Assembly (NCBI RefSeq): GCF_003704095.1
Contig: NW_020844410.1
Span: forward strand, 186,001 to 250,000
Source: Pocillopora damicornis
Taxonomy: Eukaryota
Direction: 5' to 3'
DNA: 64,000 nt
Part shown: positions 11,918 to 24,756 of the stretch, one piece after another
How positions within the stretch are numbered: the stretch's first letter is position 1
How the letters are laid out: the number at the start of each line of letters is the position of its first letter
Notes under the pieces: generated by a model
Databases searched by the model: none
The model's input: only the letters and a program-made list of their open reading frames with translations
What the model was told of the DNA's origin: nothing
Made by a program: the position numbers and the translations under genes

Positions 11918-14213
11918 ATGTCCATGCGATCAGTCCCAGACACAATAGCTATTACTTGTGCGACAGTCCTTTCCGTTCTTGTCATCGTTGTTATAACGGG
12001 AAACTCTACTGTTTGTACGATCATACTGAAATATCGCGATATGAGGTAAAATATTCTTCCTACAGTACTTTTGTGACTTTTCTGTCATTCTATCGATCGG
12101 AATATTTAATGATCCCCTACATCTCGCGTAAACAGTAACTTAGCGGGGTCTTATCATTGCCAACCACCTAGATTCCGGTTCAACAGTATTAGTACAGCAG
12201 TCTCAAAGATAAAAAATTCCCTATCCATTTTCGATTTAGAGTCACGATAAAATTAACTGTGATGAACTACTATTGGTGTATACTTTTCCTATGTTTTTCA
12301 GTTAGAGTCAGCTCATTCATCTTTTGGGAGAAAATAAATTTTATCTTAAAATGTTTTATTTGTGGGTTTGTTTGCTTCTTTATGATTCACAAGATCAATC
12401 CTCCATACGAACGTACTATTCGGAGTTTTTTAGACTAGATGAAATGGAAAAACAAAAAATTTGCTTTAAATCTATATCCTAAACGTTCCTATCGTGTTCA
12501 AGAGCATTATTGGTGCGGTTACTCCATTTGCTTTAAAATAAATGTAGCAGTGCACTTCTTTTTGTCTTTTAATCAATATTATCATCATCATCATTATTAT
12601 CTTTATTACTACATTTATTGCTATCATTATTTTTGTTTATTTTGTTGTTGTTGTTGTTGTTGTTGTTGTCATCATTATTTGTTGTTCATTCTTGCTCTGT
12701 CATCTTTTAATTACATTCTTGTGTTTACCTTCATTTTTGCATCCGCTAGAATTCCAATCAATTTCCTTCTTGTGAACCTGGCTGTTTCGGACATTATGAT
12801 TGCAATATTTCTTGCACCAGAGTACATCTTCAGTCTGATGTTTACCCATCCTAATGGAGTGACTGGGACAGTTCTATGCAGGCTACTGACTGGAGGAAAC
12901 TTTGCATGGGTTGGAGCATCTTCGTCTGTCTTCACCCTGGTTTTTATCGCCATTGAGCGATATTATGCAGTAATATATCCATATGATGAAAAGGGAAAGC
13001 TTACCCATACCAAACTTAAGGTAACAGATCCGCCTGGAGAAATCGATGTTGATTGATTTCTGTAAAATCAAGCTGAGTAATAAAAAAGCAACTAATCAGC
13101 ACGAAGGAAATGATAATACGGAGCGAATCAGCCGATTAGAGTGCGTTTGCATCAAATACGAACACCTGTTATAGAAAGTTTTCATTAAACATAACTCCCA
13201 GGATAAACGCCCACAATGTACTATAATTTACATACGTTTTGACTTCAATCTAAGAAAAAAATAGGCTGGGAATCGATCATCGTCGAACCATTAGTCGTTA
13301 CAAACAGGCCAAAGCCCTTTTTCTTTATTTCTTTTCTGCTCTAGGTAATTATTCCTTTCTGTTGGATTCTTGCATTTATCTTGAATGTACCAACTTTCTT
13401 GGCCTTGAACTTCAAGAACACCTTAGGTGACTGCGAGGAAGACTGGCCTCAGGAGTGGATGGGCATAGCCAATAGCATGAACTGGTTGGTGACTATGACC
13501 GTTCTTCCCATGACACTGATGACTGCGTTTTATTCGAGAATCGTGTGCACATTGTGGTTCACACCAACTGATGATAATCAACTTTCACATCGACAGAAGG
13601 TGAGAAGTTCTTGCAAATTCAACGCACAACTTTGTGGTCCATGGCCCGTCCTAAAAGGGTGCGATTCTTTGATTTGAGACATTACTAAGCCACAATTCTA
13701 TTTTCCACCACCCTTCCATATCAATAACAGGATATCGAGGTACATCAAATCCCGAAATTTTTCTACTGTTGAAAGCATTTATACATTTATTACTCGCTTT
13801 ATAACAAGTACCTTACTAAGGTTTTCGATCTCCTCACATAGGCTGTGATCAAGTTGCGGAAGCGGGTCACCGCGATGGTAATAACTGTCAGCTTCATATT
13901 TGGAGTCTGTTGGTTCACCGACTCGACATTTTATTTCTTGCATTTTATCAACTCTCCTTACTGTGATGTTGTTTTTTATATTACTACCATACTGATCCTA
14001 TTTAATTCTGCTGTCAACCCGTTTGTGTACGCCCTGATTAACCAAAGATTCCGCCAAAAGATCAAGACAATGTTCCGATGCAATTGCGTCGCTACAAACA
14101 GAATTGGCCCCACTATCCATTCCACCGGTAAAATAGTATTGCCGATCGTGGCTACCACTCTACCAAATCTTCAAGACAAAGTTAATGCAGGGGAAAGTGA
14201 TTTCAACAATTGA
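11918..14213 (+). CDS. GPCR-3: class A GPCR, about 341 aa, intact
   Basis: Exons 11918-12045, 12750-13020, 13345-13599, 13842-14213 in frame with GT-AG. Probable 5'UTR intron 11541-11894. Motifs NLAVSD, ERY, CWFTDS, NSAVNPFVY. Confidence 0.93.
12575..12690. repeat. Compound trinucleotide microsatellite (CAT/TAT/TGT) in intron 1 of GPCR-3
   Basis: Directly visible repeats; they explain the poly-H/Y/C in ORF 12439-13056. Confidence 0.9.
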
Positions 14214-14542
14214 CTGGAAAAATATCGACGAGAACGTTAAGTTTGCGAACTTCACTTGTTTAGTAAACAATTAGAAGTAAGTAGAGACAAGGTAACAATG
14301 GACTGCAATTAATCTGATAAATTCATGGTCTTCTAGAAATTGTATGTACATGGTGTAGTAACAGAGACTATCCTCTTTACTTTGTAAAGTATGCATTAAT
14401 AATAACGATAAAAGTAATAACTGGGGTAATGACAACGACGATNNNNNNNNNNNNNNNNNNNNNNNNNNNNNNNNNNNNNNNNNNNNNNNNNNNNNNNNNN
14501 NNNNNNNNNNNNNNNNNNNNNNNNNNNNNNNNNNNNNNNNNN

Positions 14543-17177
14543 TGATCTTTTGGCGGAATCTTTGGTTAACCAGGGCGTACACAAACGGGTTGACAGAGGA
14601 ATTGAATAGGATCAGTATGGTAGTTATAGCAAAAACGACATCACTGTAAGGAGAGTTGATAAAATGCAAGAAATAAAAGGTCGAGTCCGTAAACCAACAG
14701 ATTCCAAATATGATGCTGACAGTTATTACCATCGCGGTGACCCGCTTCCTCGACTTGATCACAGCCTATGTGAGGAGATCGAGAACCTCAGTAAGGTACT
14801 TGCTATAAAGCGAGTAATACATGGGCGCACGTTGAAATGGAATTTCTCTTCCAGTGTTCAACTTGATATCTCACGAGTGAACGTAGCGAACTGGAGAGAT
14901 ACCCGTGGAGAGAAATACCTTATCTTCAAGCAACCAAGTATTATTTTGTTTATCATATAAATACCATACGCCTTTACTGACAAGAACATTTGACAAAAGA
15001 CATTGGATCGAGAACTGATGAAAGCTTTACCATTTATTCATCAACCGGCCTGACAGAATGGCGCAAAATGCGAGTGATGCCTCAGTAACTGATTGGAAAA
15101 TTTTAAAGGTACGTCAGTAAAAAAGTTATCGTAATTATACACGTGTCAGTTCAGAGCTCAAAAGCTGAAGTTTCTAGCGTAAGCCCGCGCTGACGAAGGA
15201 CTAACGCTCAAAACGGCTTTGAAACTCTTTACGTGTCATCTCAGTTTATAATACCAAATTACCCCCTTAATTCGCGTTACAGGCGTTTTTTTTTTTTCGA
15301 CGACTGTCGGTTCGAGTTGAATTGTTATAGAGAAACTTGAAATCATATGTAGTGTTCTCATTCCATCACAACTTAACGCTAAAACATCAAGAAGTTGTTT
15401 AAATGCTTTCAACGGTGAAAACACTTCGGGATTTGATGTACCTGGTGGTGGCTGGTGGTGGATACAAGAGCTCTGTAATGTCTCAAATCAAAAAATCGCA
15501 CCTTTTAAAGTCGGGCCAAGGACTACAAAAGTTTTGCGTTTAATTTGCAAGAACTTCTCACCTTCTGTCGATGTGAAAGTTGATCATCATCAATTTGTGT
15601 GAACCACAGTGTGCACACGATTCTGGAATAAGCCGCAGTCATCAGTGTCATGGGAAGAAAGGTCATAGTCACCAACCACATCATGCTGTTGGCTTTGCCC
15701 ATCCACTCCTGTGGCCAGTCCTCCTCGCAGTCACCTAAGGTGTTCTTGAAGTTCATGACCAAGAAAATTGGTACATTCAAGGAAAATGCAAGAATCCAAC
15801 AGAAAGGAATAATTACCTAGAACAGAAAAAAATAAAGAAGAAGGTCTTTGGTCTGTTTATGACGACCAATGGTTCGAAGATAATCAATTTTCAGCCCACT
15901 TTCTTCTTAGACGGAAGTCAAAACGTATATAAATTATGATACATTGTGAGCGTTTGTCGTGGGATCATAGATGTATGATGAAAACTTTCCACAACTGGTG
16001 TTCGTATTTAATGCAAAGCGCACTCTAATTGAGTGATTCTCTCGGGGCTATTGTTTCCCTCATGCTGATTAGTTGTTTTTTTTTTCGAGTCAGCTTGATT
16101 TTACAGAAATTAATTAACAAGGACTTCTCCAGACAAATCTGTTACCTTAAGTTTGGTATTGGTAAGCTTTTTCTTTCCATCATATGGATATATTATTGCA
16201 TAATAGCGCTCAATGGCGATAAAAACCAGAGTGAAGACGGACGAAGATGCTCCAACCCAGGCAAAGTTTCCTCCAGNNNNNNNNNNNNNNNNNNNNNNNN
16301 NNNNNNNNNNNNNNNNNNNNNNNNNNNNNNNNNNNNNNNNNNNNNNNNNNNNNNNNNNNNNNNNNNNNNNNNNNNNNNNNNNNNNNNNNNNNNNNNNNNN
16401 NNNNNNNNNNNNNNNNNNNNNNNNNNNNNNNNNNNNNNNNNNNNNNNNNNNNNNNNNNNNNNNNNNNNNNNNNNNNNNNNNNNNNNNNNNNNNNNNNNNN
16501 NNNNNNNNNNNNNNNNNNNNNNNNNNNNNNNNNNNNNNNNNNNNNNNNNNNNNNNNNNNNNNNNNNNNNNNNNNNNNNTAACCGCACCAATAATGCTCTT
16601 GAACACGATAGGAACGTTTAAGATAAAGATTTAAAGCAAATTTTTTGTTTTTCCATTTCGTCTGGTGTAATTAACTCCGCATAGTAGGTTCCCAGTTTTG
16701 TGACATGGTGGATTGATCTTGTGCATCAAAAAGAAACAGAAGAAAATTTTAAGATCAAATTTATTTTCTCCCAAAAGATGAGCTGACACTAACTGAAACA
16801 ATATAAGAAAAGTATACACCAATAGTAGTTCATCACAGTTAATTTTATCATGACTCTGAATCGAAAATGGATAGGTAATTTTTTATCTTTTAGACTGCTG
16901 TATGAATACTGTTGAACCAGAATTTAGGTGGTTGACAACGATAAAACCCCACTAAGTTACTGTTTACGCGAGATGTCAGGGATCATGAAATATTCCGATC
17001 GATAGCATGACATAAAAGTCACAAAAGTACTGTAGGAAAAATGTTTTACCTCATATCGCGATATTTTAGCATGATCGTGCAAACAGTAAAGTTTCCCGTT
17101 ATAACAACGATGACAAGAACGGAAAGGACTGTCGCACAAGTAATAGCTATTGTGTCTGGGACTGATCGCATGGACAT
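14543..17177 (-). CDS. GPCR-4: inverted recent paralogue of GPCR-3, interrupted by gaps
   Basis: Exon 1 17177-17050; exon 2 visible 16276-16146 (rest in gap); exon 3 15816-15562; exon 4 from 14765 into gap 14443-14542. No stops in the visible parts. Confidence 0.85.
14822..15130. mobile_element. Interspersed repeat inserted in GPCR-4 intron 3
   Basis: Absent from the homologous 242-bp intron of GPCR-3; the GPCR-4 intron is 796 bp. Confidence 0.6.
15158..15267. mobile_element. Short degenerate copy of the palindromic hammerhead/Penelope-pLTR-like element
   Basis: AAAGCTGAAGTTTCTAGCGTAAGCCC...CTGACGAAGGACTAACGCTCAAAAC; the GAAA core is mutated to AAAA. Confidence 0.7.
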
Positions 17178-17969
17178 ATTTTATGATGGTCCACCTAGAA
17201 AAGCGAAAAAAAAAATAACACCAATGATAACAATAAAAGAAAGTGCGATGAAATATACAAATGGATTGGGCCGTTAATAACTACCTTTGGTCTGTTAGGT
17301 TTTTTTTAGCATAGGAAAAACTTAATAATGTAAGAAGTTGACAGCAAATTATTTGTTTTTTTCACATGCACGTTCTAGCTCATTTCGTAATTTCGCGGTT
17401 ATTTCTATATCTACTGCAGATTAAATTTAGACAACGGTGGTAACCTTTCCCAAGGTGATAAATATGAACGTAAAAAGTTCCAGATGAAACAAAGCATTAG
17501 TTATGGAACATCAGTTTTCAATGCCTTTGACTCACCTCGTCTGTACAGACTTCCGCTCTGTTTCAATTCCAAAGCAGGAAAGATGCGCTAAGGTTATTTC
17601 AAACCATAGCGTGTGAAAACCGTGATATCGTACAAAAACTGACAGACTAAGAATTAGGGAAACTCTCCTATCTAAGTCCAACTAGAAAACATCGAGGTAA
17701 GTGTAATATTCCTTTGAATTGACGTTAAATTCAACTCGTCAGTTTGTGCTATTGTTATTAAGACAAACAAACTTATCAGCCAATAAAAATAATCAAGTAA
17801 TTGCACCTGTTTTAGAACCCTTCTTTTAATTTGTTGTGTCAAAAAAGTTTCCACAAGCTTCTCAGTTTTAGCGGTGCTCTATAATTAGGCATAATTCTAA
17901 ACTGTTCAGCCTAACTGATAATTTTTTAAAAAATTTTCTCTACTCAGCATTACGTCGCTGAAATGGGAT

Positions 17970-18204
17970 TCTAGAGTAGTGAATAGGCTTTGGTTCAAAT
18001 ATACGTCTGACGGCAGCGAGAATTCGAATCGACAGAGGGTATGAATCAAGATAATTTATAAAACCAGATCACGCAAAACTCATGAGAAGTTATGGAGGCT
18101 TCATTTGCGAGATAATGACTTGTTGTATTTTGAGTACAAACTTAACAGATTGAGATGTTATCTATCTTTCATCTTTCTCTGAGAAAAGGGAGTTCAGAAG
18201 GTGC
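17970..18204 (+). pseudogene. Inverted duplicate of part of the 9854-10413 pseudogene (end of exon 3, intron, start of exon 4)
   Basis: Reverse-complement match to about 10029-10232, e.g. GAGAAAAGGGAGTTCAGAAGGTGC. Confidence 0.8.
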
Positions 18205-18729
18205 ACAGGCCCACAATCAAACTCCACTTTTAATAAGTTCAGTTAGTCACACAAGCTGACATCAATTATATGGTTTTCCATAAAACCAACCGGCCGTAAA
18301 TTTGGATTTACGAACTGATAAGCAACCATAGAAGCATTTTATTTTTGATAATAGCTTAAACAACAAAGCTTTAATCGCTTGACTTCAACAGGCCGGTATG
18401 TTGTATAGTATGTAGTATCGCTCAGACGTTTTCGTGTGTTGTATCGCTTAGGGCGAGTCAAAATACAAACAAGGAGTCAAAATACCCAACCATACTACAC
18501 ACACAAGTATGGGGCGCCAAGAGGAGAAAAATGCCTTTTCGAAATGTTCCTTTTCTTTTTACATCAATAGGTCCTAAACTAGAGAGTTTTGTTGTCAATA
18601 CGCGTAATAGATTTTAGCTAACAGAAGTANNNNNNNNNNNNNNNNNNNNNNNNNNNNNNNNNNNNNNNNNNNNNNNNNNNNNNNNNNNNNNNNNNNNNNN
18701 NNNNNNNNNNNNNNNNNNNNNNNNNNNNN

Positions 18730-19747
18730 ATTCGATAACGACATATGTTATTCCTAAACTTGAAAAACACATTCTAATAAGAAACAGTGAATGATTATGA
18801 ACGTAATAGAATTCGAATTCATTTTTTTTTATTTCAGGGGTATGCATAGCCTCTCTTGATGACCGAAAAAGCAAATANNNNNNNNNNNNNNNNNNNNNNN
18901 NNNNNNNNNNNNNNNNNNNNNNNNNNNNNNNNNNNNNNNNNNNNNNNNNNNNNNNNNNNNNNNNNNNNNNNNNNNNNNNNNNNNNNNNNNNNNNNNNNNN
19001 NNNNNNNNNNNNNNNNNNNNNNAAGGTGGATGATTACAGCTTCCTGCTTGACGTGGTTGTTTCTGATCGTAGTTTCAGTTGGCATAATGATTGTGTTATA
19101 CTCTAAAGTAGTGTACACGTTATGGTACAAACCCAATGATGGCAACCCACTAAACTATCAACAACGAGTGAGTTAATAATTTTAAATTATGTCTGGAATA
19201 GTCNNNNNNNNNNNNNNNNNNNNNNNNNNNNNNNNNNNNNNNNNNNNNNNNNNNNNNNNNNNNNNNNNNNNNNNNNNNNNNNNNNNNNNNNNNNNNNNNN
19301 NNNNNNNNNNNNNNNNNNNNNNNNNNNNNNNNNNNNNNNNNNNNNNNNNNNNNNNNNNNNNNNNNNNNNNNNNNNNNNNNNNNNNNNNNNNNNNNNNNNN
19401 NNNNNNNNNNNNNNNNNNNNNNNNNNNNNNNNNNNNNNNNNNNNNNNNNNNNNNNNNNNNNNNNNNNNNNNNNNNNNNNNNNNNNNNNNNNNNNNNNNNN
19501 NNNNNNNNNNNNNNNNNNNNNNNNNNNNNNNNNNNNNNNNNNNNNNNNNNNNNNNNNNNNNNNNNNNNNNNNNNNNNNNTCGCAAATATATGCTACAGAG
19601 TTTTCATATAAATTTCTGCCTCAAAGTCTCGAAAAATTATGTTGTCAACTTTACTAAGCATTCAGAGGATTTAATTGGTAATAGCATCTGAGTTGACAAT
19701 ATCTTCTCTTTCCTTATACTTGATTCACAGAGTGTGCTGAAGGTGCG
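18730..19747 (+). CDS. GPCR-5: gapped fragments of a GPCR-12/13-subfamily gene (3' part of exon 3 at 19023-19167; start of exon 4 at 19731)
   Basis: RWMITASCLTWLFLIVVSVGIMIVLYSKVVYTLWYKPNDGNPLNYQQR|GTGAGT. Flanking intron pieces match 50400-51250 and 52730-53510. Confidence 0.65.
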
Positions 19748-19847
19748 NNNNNNNNNNNNNNNNNNNNNNNNNNNNNNNNNNNNNNNNNNNNNNNNNNNNN
19801 NNNNNNNNNNNNNNNNNNNNNNNNNNNNNNNNNNNNNNNNNNNNNNN

Positions 19848-20180
19848 TTATACTGGAAGTATGTGGATCTCAATACGAAGGTCAAAAGGTCAGTGATCTG
19901 TGCAGGCGTTAGCTTTGTGCGGTCTGCAAGGCTTGGGTCGTTCTCTAGTTTCTGCATTGCGGCCTGTACAGCGGCGTCGATAGGAACATTGGTAAACAAC
20001 GATTCTACGTCGAACATCATGTTTTATAAGATCACGCATGACCAGTCGACCTCGTCGCCTGAAGAAGACTAGCAGTATGTAGTCGAAACGTCACGATCTA
20101 CATCACACGTGACTACATCGTGAGACAAACGAAAAACTTAGCTTTTATTTTTATAATTTATCACCAGTGACAAAAAATTT
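19848..20180 (-). mobile_element. Penelope-like retroelement: 5'-truncated RT fragment with an inverted terminal-repeat segment
   Basis: Minus strand 20017-19848: FDVESLFTNVPIDAAVQAAMQKLENDPSLADRTKLTPAQITDLLTFVLRSTYFQY, typical of Penelope/Poseidon RT. Plus strand 20021-20180 carries a hammerhead motif. Confidence 0.85.
20052..20096 (+). ncRNA. Minimal type I hammerhead ribozyme (Penelope-type)
   Basis: UCGU-cgc-CUGAAGA-A-GACUA(GCAGUAUG)UAGUC-GAAA-C-GUC^ACGA. Core intact, 5-bp helix II, palindromic ACGU helix III, helix I UCGU/ACGA. Confidence 0.8.
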
Positions 20181-23160
20181 CAATTTACTGAAAGACAAAC
20201 TTTTAAAGACATGGATGAACATTTAACTTTAACAAAAGTGCTTCTTCTTCCGACTCAATCACATAACGACAGTGCTTCGCAAGAATTGTAGCCGGTACTT
20301 TGGGAGCAGTGGGTTGTTAACCAAGAACAAAGGTTCAGTCCATTTTGGTCTGTTTAATACCATCTAATTGAAAGCGCAGCTGACCTGTTTTAAAGTAAAA
20401 ATAATCAACTGTTCATGTAACCGTGCAATAAAGGGGGGAAAATAAAAAATGTACTTGATTCGCGCGTTATTTACTCTCTACTCAGTGCAGTTGGATGATA
20501 TATCACAATGTTGCGAGGTAAATTAATTCATGGTTATCGGCATGTATTAAAGTTCAGTTAGCTCGATATTTATTCATGGCGTTCAGTTAAGAAGTGTTCT
20601 TAAAAAGGAGATTTGCCACCCAATTGTGGGTTGAGATGTTGACTCTTTTTGTCTCTTGTTTAGTTTTTCTTTTGATAAAATAAAAGAAAGGAGAAGCCAT
20701 ACTTCACAATAAAAAAAAAAGGAGGAAGTCATGCAGGATTTCGTTTTAATCTGTACTTAAAAAGTGACGTATGTACCTTTGTTATGTTCATCGAAGGTAA
20801 AGTTTAAAGTGTAATCCTTTGCGTTGAATCTTTTCGTCAGTTTGTCTCGCTTATTTTGCAAAAGCAGTGTGGAGTGGAGTTAAAAATAGCTTAATAACTG
20901 TAGGGCCGGAATTCTACTAGAAAGGAGAGTGAAGTTTCTGAACTTGCTTTTGAAAAGGTAGCATGTCTTCCCCCTGCGTTTGGCTATGAAGTGATTTTGA
21001 CGATATTGTGCATTTGATATAGTTTATGTCGCATCGTGAACGAAGTCGACTGTTTTCTTTCTTATATAACTGAAAATTGTTGCCTTGCAAAAGGCTCAAG
21101 TCTCTCAAGAAAAGGAGGAAAGAATACTTGAAGGTAGCTCATTTTCCTTTTTTTTTACTTTTTTTCATCTATCTTCGCAAATATATATATTTTTTGAGCA
21201 TGGCATAAATCTCACGCATCATGGACTAAAAAAACGTACATATTAGCGGCATAATGTTAGTTAAAAGGAAAAAAAATGATGAAACAATGAAAAACTTTGT
21301 CCACGCTTAGAGTTAGCTCATCAGTATCGAATTTAGTATTCCTTAGCAGGTTATCCACTCATGGAAATAAGGGTCCGTTTATAGTCCGTAATTAGTAATT
21401 TTTCTTGCACTTTATTAATCAAGGCGTTTCTCATGCATCAATTTTTCTCAATATCATCATAATTATTATCGTCAGTAAAATTTCGTTTTTTTTTTCAGTG
21501 TTGTTGCAGCCGATTTTAATGTAATATTTTATTTGTATTGGCATATTTCCTTGGTTATTGACGTGCGCTGTTAACTTAAAAGTATACATTGCGTTTATCA
21601 GTGATAATAATGCCTACATTTACTTGAAGTTCAGTAGCTGGTGGTGGCAGTCAAGCTTTCATACGAAAAGCTAACATTGAAATAAATTGACATACTTATA
21701 ATTATATCTTCATGGATGTTCTAGTGATTTGCGCCTTTATTGTCGATCACCACTGACAATAATGCCAAACTGAAGGGTTCTTTTCACGATCATTGCTAAG
21801 TAATATCTGAAAGCTTCTAATCTTTTTACCCAGATACCTTTCCTAATATCTATAGTTAAATTACAGCGGCATTTACAACTGTTCTAAAGCAACAATAACT
21901 ATAACATTAAGTGCAATTGGTTATGGACCACATTGGCCCAAAAATGGGTAAAATTTGTTCAAACACGATAAGCGCAGCTGACACCCAAACAGTAATATCT
22001 CAAGCAATTACATGATAACAAATTGTTAAAAAGAATAAGAAGAAAAAATTAATTTTTGCTCATTCATTTCTTTGCTTTACTGTCCTAGAAATTTCCAATG
22101 ATTATTGCTTTCCATATATATTATAAGATCTTGGTCGTTTTGTTTGCCGAAAAAAGTTAAGCCTCTCTGATTCATTGCCACTTTGCTATTGTTGCAACGA
22201 TGTTAAGGATAAAGCCCACCGGATATTGAGAATATATTTTGCTTAATTAGAAGCAAAGAAATTCACGCCTTTATAGCAAGTGAAACGAGGCAAAACTCCA
22301 ACTGATTTGTTTCTAGATAATTTGAAGCTGTTTCAGAATTTTAATTTTCCCGTGACAACGCCGAATTTAATGATTTCTTTTTGACATTATGCCAATTTGT
22401 GTTTACTTTAAAAGTGCGCACTATGCAAATCCATTTTGTTTAAGAAAAATTAACTCGGTTTGGAAGCATGGTCGCAAATCCTATAGGTAGGTCCAGTGAA
22501 TCGATACCTAATATTTGCCAGCTGAAGAGCAGAAAAAATTATAAGAGGTAATTATCATTTCATCTTACCTAGTCGTACGAGATAGAAATGCGAGTCAACT
22601 TGTAGATTGGCAGTCTGGAAAAGGTAGTTAAAATTTTTTTATATTCGTGCTGTTGCGCTGTAAGTGACACTTCTTATCAAACCTTGTACAATTGTTATGA
22701 GCCAATTTAAAACATTCGGCAACGTGAAAAAATTTAAGTTGTTTAATATACAAAGCTTTCTGACTCAGGCTGGAGAAGGTATTGCCAAATTGAAAGTTCG
22801 CTCTCAAATTAATCACTTTATGTCCGCTGAAAATCTAGGAAACTGTCGACTTTCTATGTAAGTCATCTAAGAGTCAGTGAAAGTAATCAGTAATTGGATT
22901 ATCTATAAGGCAAGAGAGTCAAGTCTTTTCAGTTTCATTAAAAAAAAAAAAAAAAATCGGGCTATTTCCTTCAACATGTACTTTCTAATTTAAGTTCCAT
23001 TAAAAGTAAACATGAAAAATTTACGAACTTCATGTGATCTCATCGACTCACGTTTTTGAAAAATTTGGAACGATGTAGAAACAGCTAATAGACATCAACC
23101 TCAAAATACCTATCAATGTTCAACTTTTAGGCTCAGGTAGCTTTTAGTTCAAGAACCACA

Positions 23161-24662
23161 ATGACAGATTCAGCTGGTGTTTTCACGACTGCAGTGCTCT
23201 CTATTCTGATTTTCGTGGGAATCATTGGAAACTCAATGGTCTGTATTGTCATACTGAAACATCGAGATATGAGGTAGGCATAACCCCTGAACCACAATCA
23301 ATGTTTTTACTTGCTACTGAAATAAATGTTTGTTGAGAGAGTTATCTCATAATGTTCCAGCTTTTTCTAACATCGTTGGACTTATGGTCAAATATTACAG
23401 ATGATAAAAGAAATAAAAGAGTCAATTGCTTATAATTCATTTCTTCACCTCCTCAGAGTTCCCATCAATTATCTTCTTGTGAACCTGGCAATGGCAGATA
23501 TCATGTTTGCTTCGTTTATCGCCCCGCAGTACATCTTGAGTCAGACGTTCACCCATCCTGGCGGAGTTACTGGTAAAGTTTTATGCAAGCTGTTAACTGG
23601 TGGGAACTTCGCGTGGGTAGGAGCCGCATCTTCCGTGTTTACTTTGGTGAATATTTCGATGGAACGTTACTATGCGGTGATGTATCCTCTGAGCAATAAA
23701 GGAAATCTTTCCAAACGCAAAATCATGGTAAGTGACGCGCCGAGGAAGAAAGTCTTCACTTTTCTATTGAACCATTTTACTATTGTTTCGGACTGTCTCC
23801 CGAGTATCACTTTGTTTCACATAATTTCAGGTATAAAAACTGAATCCTTTACATTTTCATGTTAATGCGTCCCAAGAATTAAAACGAAGTGGATGTGGGA
23901 GATGAGGATATCGTCAGTTTGTTGTTATTCAAATAATAGCATCATGGGAGTTATGCATTAATTAATTTTTTTCAGGTAATCATTTCTGGTGCTTGGATGT
24001 TTTCTGTGATTGTGAACGCTCCAGTTTTCTTGGTCGTTGAATTTATAAATGAAAGCAGTGCTTGTGAAAGAAAATGGCCTGAAAAATGGATGCCAAGGGC
24101 TTACAATGTGGCTTGGTTTGTCGTCATGGCAATTATTCCCTTGACAGTGATGGCTGCATTATATTCCAGAGTGGTTTACAGGTTGTGGTTTCAACCTGCT
24201 GAGAACAGCGAGCTTACCCAACAGCAAAAGGTTTGAACTAAGAAAGCACTCGTATTTTGCATTTTTGTTAAAATTAAAAACTAAACTTCGACCCCTATTT
24301 GAATTATGATTTGAGCAAAATGATTGATTGCAGCCATCTTTTGATCTCTAATTTGAAAGGGTGTATTGAAGCTACGTAAGCGAGTCACTTTGGCAGTCGT
24401 TGTTGTTAGTGTTATCTTCGGGGTCTGCTGGATTACAGACTCCATTGTCTATATCGTGAGCCATTTCAACACCGAAAGCTTTGGTCCAGCGGTGTACTCT
24501 GTTTCCAACACGATGATCATGTTAAACTCAGCTGTAAATCCGTTTGTATATGGTCTGGTAAATCAGAGATTCAGGAGGAAGATCAAAATCATGCTTGGTT
24601 GTACATTTACTTCTCGAGTGAGAGTCCATGTCTCCAGGGAAACGCATTCCACAGAAATGTGA
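23161..24662 (+). CDS. GPCR-6: class A GPCR, about 313 aa, intact
   Basis: Exons 23161-23273, 23457-23727, 23976-24230, 24360-24662. Motifs NLAMAD, ERY, CWITDS, NSAVNPFVY. Confidence 0.93.
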
Positions 24663-24756
24663 AACAGTACAATCAGCCGTCATCCTGAAGAGGAATACTG
24701 TGTAGACTTTAACGTGCATGCAAACAGACACAGAATCTTGGTATTTTAGTATTATC

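Noticed and set aside
12439-12749. His/Tyr/Cys-rich N-terminal extension in ORF 12439-13056
   Set aside because: It is an intronic microsatellite read through; the true exon 2 starts at 12750.
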